In this document: piece by piece, positions 59,681 through 64,000 of the stretch
Layout of the letters: the number at the start of each line of letters is the position of its first letter
Position numbering within the stretch: position 1 is the first letter of the stretch
Assembly (NCBI GenBank): GCA_041586955.1
Contig: JBFGZE010000002.1
Span: 43,451-107,450 of the forward strand
Direction of reading: 5' to 3'
Source: Bacteriovoracaceae bacterium
GTDB taxonomy: Bacteria > Bdellovibrionota > Bacteriovoracia > Bacteriovoracales > Bacteriovoracaceae
Length of the DNA: 64,000 nt
Translations under genes and position numbers: made by a program
The notes under the pieces: model-generated
Database searches by the model: none
What the model saw: only the letters and a program-made list of their open reading frames with translations
What the model was told of the DNA's origin: nothing

Positions 59681-59711
59681 TAGCCTCTGATTTTTTTCAT
59701 ACAATAACTGG

Positions 59712-60389
59712 ATGGAAAAAGAAATTCTCAGGGATCGAGAAGTATTTAGCGCCCACCCTTCATTGAGGGAATTTTGGTTTTTTGCCAAAGATTTACCTCT
59801 CTTCCCAGAAGTCGGAAAAATTCCTTTAACTTTATTGGAATTAGGCTGTGGCAACGGAAGTCTATTTGAAGGTCTTCCTCCCATTGAAGCTAGAAATATG
59901 GTTATTTCTGCCTTGGACGTGAGTCCAAATGCGATTGAGTTTTGTCAAAAAGAAGGCAAGCGCGGCATTCACTATTTTCAAGATGATATTCGCTTTCTCA
60001 ATTACCCCCAAGGCTTTGATCTGATTCTAGATGCACATTGCTTGCATTGCTTAAGGAATGAAGGGGAAGTGAAATTGGCCTTGGGAAATATTTATCGTTA
60101 CCTCAATCCGGGTGGACTTTGTTTAATTGAGACAATGGTCACCCACGATGATTTTTTTCCAGAAGAAGAAGCCGACTATGATGAGTCCACAGGGTGTTAT
60201 TCTGTCCGCAAACGACCAACTCGCTTTATCAAAGACTCTGGATGGTGGGAAAAGATTATTCCCTGGCTAGGCCTGGAAATAGTTTATTTAAAAATAGAAG
60301 ATAAAAAAATGATCCCCTTTCCAGGTCGAGAGAGCTCCTTGGTTTGGGACCCCGATGTCATGCGGATATTATTCCGCAAAAAATCCTAG
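59712..60389 (+). CDS. Class I SAM-dependent methyltransferase
   Basis: LELGCGNG, LDVSPNAI, FDLILDAHCLH, LNPGG. Confidence 0.88.
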   Translation: MEKEILRDREVFSAHPSLREFWFFAKDLPLFPEVGKIPLTLLELGCGNGSLFEGLPPIEARNMVISALDVSPNAIEFCQKEGKRGIHYFQDDIRFLNYPQGFDLILDAHCLHCLRNEGEVKLALGNIYRYLNPGGLCLIETMVTHDDFFPEEEADYDESTGCYSVRKRPTRFIKDSGWWEKIIPWLGLEIVYLKIEDKKMIPFPGRESSLVWDPDVMRILFRKKS

Positions 60390-60400
60390 GTGGAAAAAGT

Positions 60401-61279
60401 ATGGAATCGTTTAGCATGGCCTTTAAGTCCTTTTGGTACTACCTTTCATTTCCCCTTTTTGAAATAAGTGGCAATAGAATATCTCTTCTCTCCTTACTGA
60501 TGGCCATGGTGGTTTTATTCACTGCCATCAAATTGGCGAAGATTGTCGAAAAGATGATTGGCCGGGTATTAGAGGATAAGGAAATTGATCGCGGGGTCAA
60601 GGGCTCTATCGAGCGAATTGGCCGTTATATTGTGATGCTCTCAGGTGTTTTAGTCAGTTTAGATACTGTTGGTATCAGCTTGTCTTCTCTCGCCGCAATT
60701 TCCGCAGTTTTAATGGTTGGTATTGGTTTTGGCCTGCAAAACGTCACTTTAAATTTTATATCGGGCCTTATTATTTTATTAGAAAGACCTATAAAAGTAG
60801 GGGATATGGTCGAATTGGAAGGAGTGAGTGGCCGGGTTCATGATATCCGTGCCCGATCGACATTAATTCACACTCGTGATGATATTGCCATCATCGTGCC
60901 TAATTCCAAATTTATATCTGAACAAGTCATTAATCAAAGCTTTTCTGGCGAGCATATTCGCCTCCATATGGAAGTTGGCGTGTCCTACGGAAGTGATGTG
61001 AGTCAAGTGGTGAGTGTGCTTAAAGACGCTGCGGATAGACATCGTCAGGTTTTAAAAAACCCTGCCCCCAACGTTATCATGAATAATTTTGGTGACTCAA
61101 GCCTGGACTTTAAATTATTGATTTGGGTTAGAGATAATTGGAATAGTGATGTCATCCTTTCTGATTTGAGGCTCCATATTTTAGAGCTTTTTCGAGAGCA
61201 TGATATTCAGATCCCTTACCCACAAAGAGATATTCACGTTTTTCGCAATTCTTCTGGTGAATTACCACCAGTCGTCTAA
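60401..61279 (+). CDS. mscS: Small-conductance mechanosensitive channel (MscS family)
   Basis: GIGFGLQ, NFISGLIILLERPIKVGD, IIVPNS, FGDSSLDF, IPYPQRD. Confidence 0.9.
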   Translation: MESFSMAFKSFWYYLSFPLFEISGNRISLLSLLMAMVVLFTAIKLAKIVEKMIGRVLEDKEIDRGVKGSIERIGRYIVMLSGVLVSLDTVGISLSSLAAISAVLMVGIGFGLQNVTLNFISGLIILLERPIKVGDMVELEGVSGRVHDIRARSTLIHTRDDIAIIVPNSKFISEQVINQSFSGEHIRLHMEVGVSYGSDVSQVVSVLKDAADRHRQVLKNPAPNVIMNNFGDSSLDFKLLIWVRDNWNSDVILSDLRLHILELFREHDIQIPYPQRDIHVFRNSSGELPPVV

Positions 61280-62008
61280 CTCCTCTGGGGCATTTAAAAA
61301 ACATTCGAAATAGGCCTCCTTGCCACTTAAACGGAGAGAGGTCACTATTCCGTCCTCTATATCGAGTGCTATTAGGCCTTCGGCCGTTTTGAGGCCAAGC
61401 CCAACTTCATGATAGATGACCTCTCCACGATTGAGGTAACTTTTAATGATTTTTGGAGATGGCGATCTTTGGTGGCCCATGGGTAATGGTAAAATGTGGG
61501 CAAATTGATCTTCATCTTCACGATAATGAATCATCTTCCAATAACTTCCATTTTCACCGTCTACTTGCATTAAGCGCAATCGTTCGATTCCACCACCTTG
61601 AATTTTAAGATGAATATTTTCAAAATAAATTTCCGGATGCTTTTTAAGTGGGTGGTGTTTTTCGAGAAAATAGGGGATGAGAGCGGGGAGGCGTTCTTTT
61701 AATTGGGGATCAAAGCGACCATGCTTTTGACAATCCTCCAGGACCTCCTGCAAAGTGGGGATCGCAATTGCGGGTAACCCTGATTGCGTGCTGGCATAAA
61801 TTGATTTTTTTTTTGAGAGCTTGGGCGCCTTAATTATTTGAGGAGGTGCTTGGGCCACCTTAGTACGGCCAGTAGAATAAGGGGATGGTACGGGGACATG
61901 TTTTTTAGGAGAGTTCGGTATGAACTCTTCTCGTTGACCAATAAAATAGATGATGAGGACCAGGGCCAGAGCAAGTAGAGTGGCCTGGAACCATTGCCAT
62001 TTTTTCAT
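61262..62008 (-). CDS. Hypothetical membrane-anchored protein
   Basis: MKKWQW + TM + Pro-rich linker. The longer ORF-track start crosses a terminator, so the ATG at 62008 is preferred. Confidence 0.6.
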   Translation of the reverse strand: MKKWQWFQATLLALALVLIIYFIGQREEFIPNSPKKHVPVPSPYSTGRTKVAQAPPQIIKAPKLSKKKSIYASTQSGLPAIAIPTLQEVLEDCQKHGRFDPQLKERLPALIPYFLEKHHPLKKHPEIYFENIHLKIQGGGIERLRLMQVDGENGSYWKMIHYREDEDQFAHILPLPMGHQRSPSPKIIKSYLNRGEVIYHEVGLGLKTAEGLIALDIEDGIVTSLRLSGKEAYFECFLNAPEELDDWW

Positions 62009-62044
62009 GGGCCCAGCATAGAGAAATTCCGGATTCAATTCAAG

Positions 62045-62079
62045 AAAAAAAGGTCCCTTGGACAAGGGACCTTTTTTTT
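62045..62079. terminator. Bidirectional intrinsic terminator
   Basis: A-tract, AGGTCCCTTG-GA-CAAGGGACCT, T-tract. Confidence 0.85.
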
Positions 62080-62156
62080 GGGGTGGAATAGATAGTTCTT
62101 TTATTAAAATCATTTGAGGGTGATTTTAATTGGGGCGATAGGTGGGCCTATTCAGT

Positions 62157-62450
62157 TTATTTAGTCTTGTGTTTTATTGTTGATTGCTTAACCAAAAGAT
62201 AGGCAATTTCAATTTGATCAATCATTTGACCATTTTTTAATTCTATTGGTTGTTTTTTTAATAAGGATCTCTTTGCACCTTTGAGGTCGGTCTTGGTGAA
62301 CTTTTCACCGAGGTAGGTTTCTATTCCTAGTAATTGGGAGCTGGCCGTTATTTGATCCTTGTTAATACGTATAACCTTTTCAAATGGTGCTGCTGCAAAA
62401 ATACTATTGGTTAATAAAATCATCATAATCCATACAATCATTCTCTTCAT
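62157..62450 (-). CDS. Small secreted hypothetical protein
   Basis: AGGAG RBS before the ATG at 62450; signal peptide ending IFA-A. Confidence 0.65.
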   Translation of the reverse strand: MKRMIVWIMMILLTNSIFAAAPFEKVIRINKDQITASSQLLGIETYLGEKFTKTDLKGAKRSLLKKQPIELKNGQMIDQIEIAYLLVKQSTIKHKTK

Positions 62451-62539
62451 AGGAACACTCCTGTTCAATATCGCCTTAAATGATCCATGGCATCGGTCCG
62501 TGTCGGAAATCCTTTCCAGCTTTTATTCACCTCTTAAGA

Positions 62540-62555
62540 AGCAAGGATAATGCCA
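62540..62555 (-). promoter_or_regulatory. Candidate sigma-54 promoter
   Basis: Minus strand TGGCATTATCCTTGCT, near-consensus -24/-12. Confidence 0.55.
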
Positions 62556-62739
62556 GGTTAAATAATAGGCATGTTTTTGATTATTGGTCGGTTTTAGGAA
62601 ATATTTAGGGTGCATGGTGTCAGTTAGCACCCTTAAAGGAGGTGTCAAAGTAGGTCATTTTAAATCTGACTCGCGTATTATAGATTTGTGAAAGCGAGGA
62701 GGACGAGATAAAATAACGTTCCCAAAAAGGAGTTTATTA

Positions 62740-64000
62740 ATGGGGCAAGGGCTTGGAAATCGTTACACTCAGCAAATAGAAAGATCCGTTATGAAGGATT
62801 TATTGGCCATCGCCCGCGGTGATCGGGCCGCAGATCTTCTCATTACAAATGTTAATGTTATGGACTTGGTTAATGGTGAAATGGTGAAAACCACGATCGC
62901 TATTGGTCACCATATTATTGCAGGTGTCGGACCTCAATATGCTAAGCAAGACGCCAAGCGTGTCATCGATGCTAAAGGCAAGGTGGCGGTTCCTGGGTTT
63001 ATCGATGGCCATTTGCATATTGAATCGAGCATGATGCACCCTTTTGAATTTGAGCGATTGACTTTACCTTTGGGCACGACCTCTCTTATTTGTGACCCTC
63101 ATGAAATTACCAATGTCATGGGAGATAAAGGTTTTTCCTGGTTTTTGCGTTGTGCGGAGCTGGCGAAACAAAATCAGTTTATTCAAGTGTCTAGTTGTGT
63201 CCCGGCCTTACCTGGCTTTGAAACCAATGGTGCGGATTTCGAATTAAAAAATATGAAGGCCTATCGTGATCATGACCATGTTCTAGGCCTCGCTGAAATG
63301 ATGAACTTTCCGGGGGTCATTAATGGTAACGATGAGGTTTTAGATAAGGTTGAGGCCTTTCATGATTTAAATCTTGATGGGCATTGCCCATTAGTACAGG
63401 GCCGCGACCTCGACGCCTACCTCATTGCTGGAATTCAAAATTGTCACGAAACAATCACCTATGAGGAAGGTAAAGAGAAATTACAAAAAGGAATGGGCCT
63501 GATCATTCGTGAAGGCTCTGTCGCGAAAAATCTTGATACCTTGGCGCCATTGGTGACTGAATTTAATTCACCCCAATGTCTACTTTGTACTGATGATCGC
63601 AACCCCTTTGAAATTTTTCATGAAGGCCATATTAATTATTTGGTCAAAAAGTTGATTCGCGATATTAAACTACCATTACATGTCGCCTATCGCTTATCGA
63701 GTTATTCAGCGGCCAAGCATTTTGGCCTACGGCGGCTAGGCCTTATCGCTCCCGGAAAACAGGCCGATATTGTTCTCTTGGATGACGCGAGGGAGGTGGT
63801 CATTGCCGATGTTCTTATTCGCGGTGAATTGGTGAGCGAATTAGAATTAAAAAAAGAATTACCCGATAAATTAGAGCAATCAATGCCTCCCATGGAAAAT
63901 ACTATGAAGCGGCGTGAGGTTGCTGGACAGGATTTGGCGCTGACCTTAGATCCTGGTGCTTATAAATGTATTCAAATTGTGCCCGGTGAGATTATTACCG
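62740..64000 (+). CDS. ade: Adenine deaminase (amidohydrolase type), runs off the window end
   Basis: Manual translation: ADLLITN, PGFIDGHLHIESS, DPHEITNV, SSCVPA, LAEMMNFPGV, DGHCP, IREGS, CTDDR; RBS AAGGAG. Confidence 0.93.
   Translation, partial: MGQGLGNRYTQQIERSVMKDLLAIARGDRAADLLITNVNVMDLVNGEMVKTTIAIGHHIIAGVGPQYAKQDAKRVIDAKGKVAVPGFIDGHLHIESSMMHPFEFERLTLPLGTTSLICDPHEITNVMGDKGFSWFLRCAELAKQNQFIQVSSCVPALPGFETNGADFELKNMKAYRDHDHVLGLAEMMNFPGVINGNDEVLDKVEAFHDLNLDGHCPLVQGRDLDAYLIAGIQNCHETITYEEGKEKLQKGMGLIIREGSVAKNLDTLAPLVTEFNSPQCLLCTDDRNPFEIFHEGHINYLVKKLIRDIKLPLHVAYRLSSYSAAKHFGLRRLGLIAPGKQADIVLLDDAREVVIADVLIRGELVSELELKKELPDKLEQSMPPMENTMKRREVAGQDLALTLDPGAYKCIQIVPGEIIT

Noticed and set aside
62009..62113. 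N-terminal extension of ORF 61262..62113
   Set aside because: It spans a bidirectional terminator; MKKWQW followed by a TM helix is the natural start.
62499..62526. FliA-like promoter sharing CGTGTCGGAAA with 28773
   Set aside because: The -35 spacing is inconsistent with the other candidates, and a better sigma-54 element lies at 62540-62555.
62640..62739. Purine riboswitch upstream of adenine deaminase
   Set aside because: Only a weak CTCGC...GCGAG stem; the conserved TATAAT...ATATGG...TTTCTACC...CCGTAAA core is absent.
1..64000. Short antisense or out-of-frame ORFs in the track (e.g. 22550..23023, 32877..33344, 57206..57631, 58479..58913, 62800..63039, 63702..63893)
   Set aside because: They are shadows of well-supported genes, with no RBS or motif support.
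1..64000. CRISPR array, tRNA, rRNA, IS or prophage
   Set aside because: No regularly spaced repeats, cloverleaf motifs, transposase, integrase or phage structural genes were seen.

Overview
AT-rich bacterial chromosomal window with no rRNA, tRNA, CRISPR or mobile element that I can support. The gene content (Agl-Glt gliding cluster, DUF4360 paralogues, TM-PilZ protein, many secreted orphans) suggests a predatory Bdellovibrionota, probably Bacteriovoracaceae/Halobacteriovorax-like; this is inference. It carries about 65 genes, mostly housekeeping (RlmI-like, RecQ, RapA, FKBP, PsuG, adenine deaminase, MscS), plus a complete 10-gene Agl-Glt-type gliding operon led by a vWA lipoprotein. Most interesting candidates: (1) a coupled three-gene operon of outer-membrane beta-barrel, tandem beta-sandwich lipoprotein and lipid-anchored nuclease with a 5'-nucleotidase-like binding domain (9.1-14.5 kb), a possible surface nucleic-acid harvesting system; (2) a stand-alone ExbB/ExbD-like motor whose B subunit ends in an atypical, apparently circularly permuted beta domain (15.5-16.7 kb); (3) a secreted DarT-like ADP-ribosyltransferase-fold orphan (45.4-46.3 kb); (4) a structured minus-strand RNA upstream of psuG (49.1-49.3 kb); (5) a DES1-type sphingolipid desaturase among lipid genes; (6) recQ with no canonical start upstream of its conserved N-terminal motif; (7) strong GGCC enrichment. 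All family assignments come from reading motifs by eye; no database searches were run.
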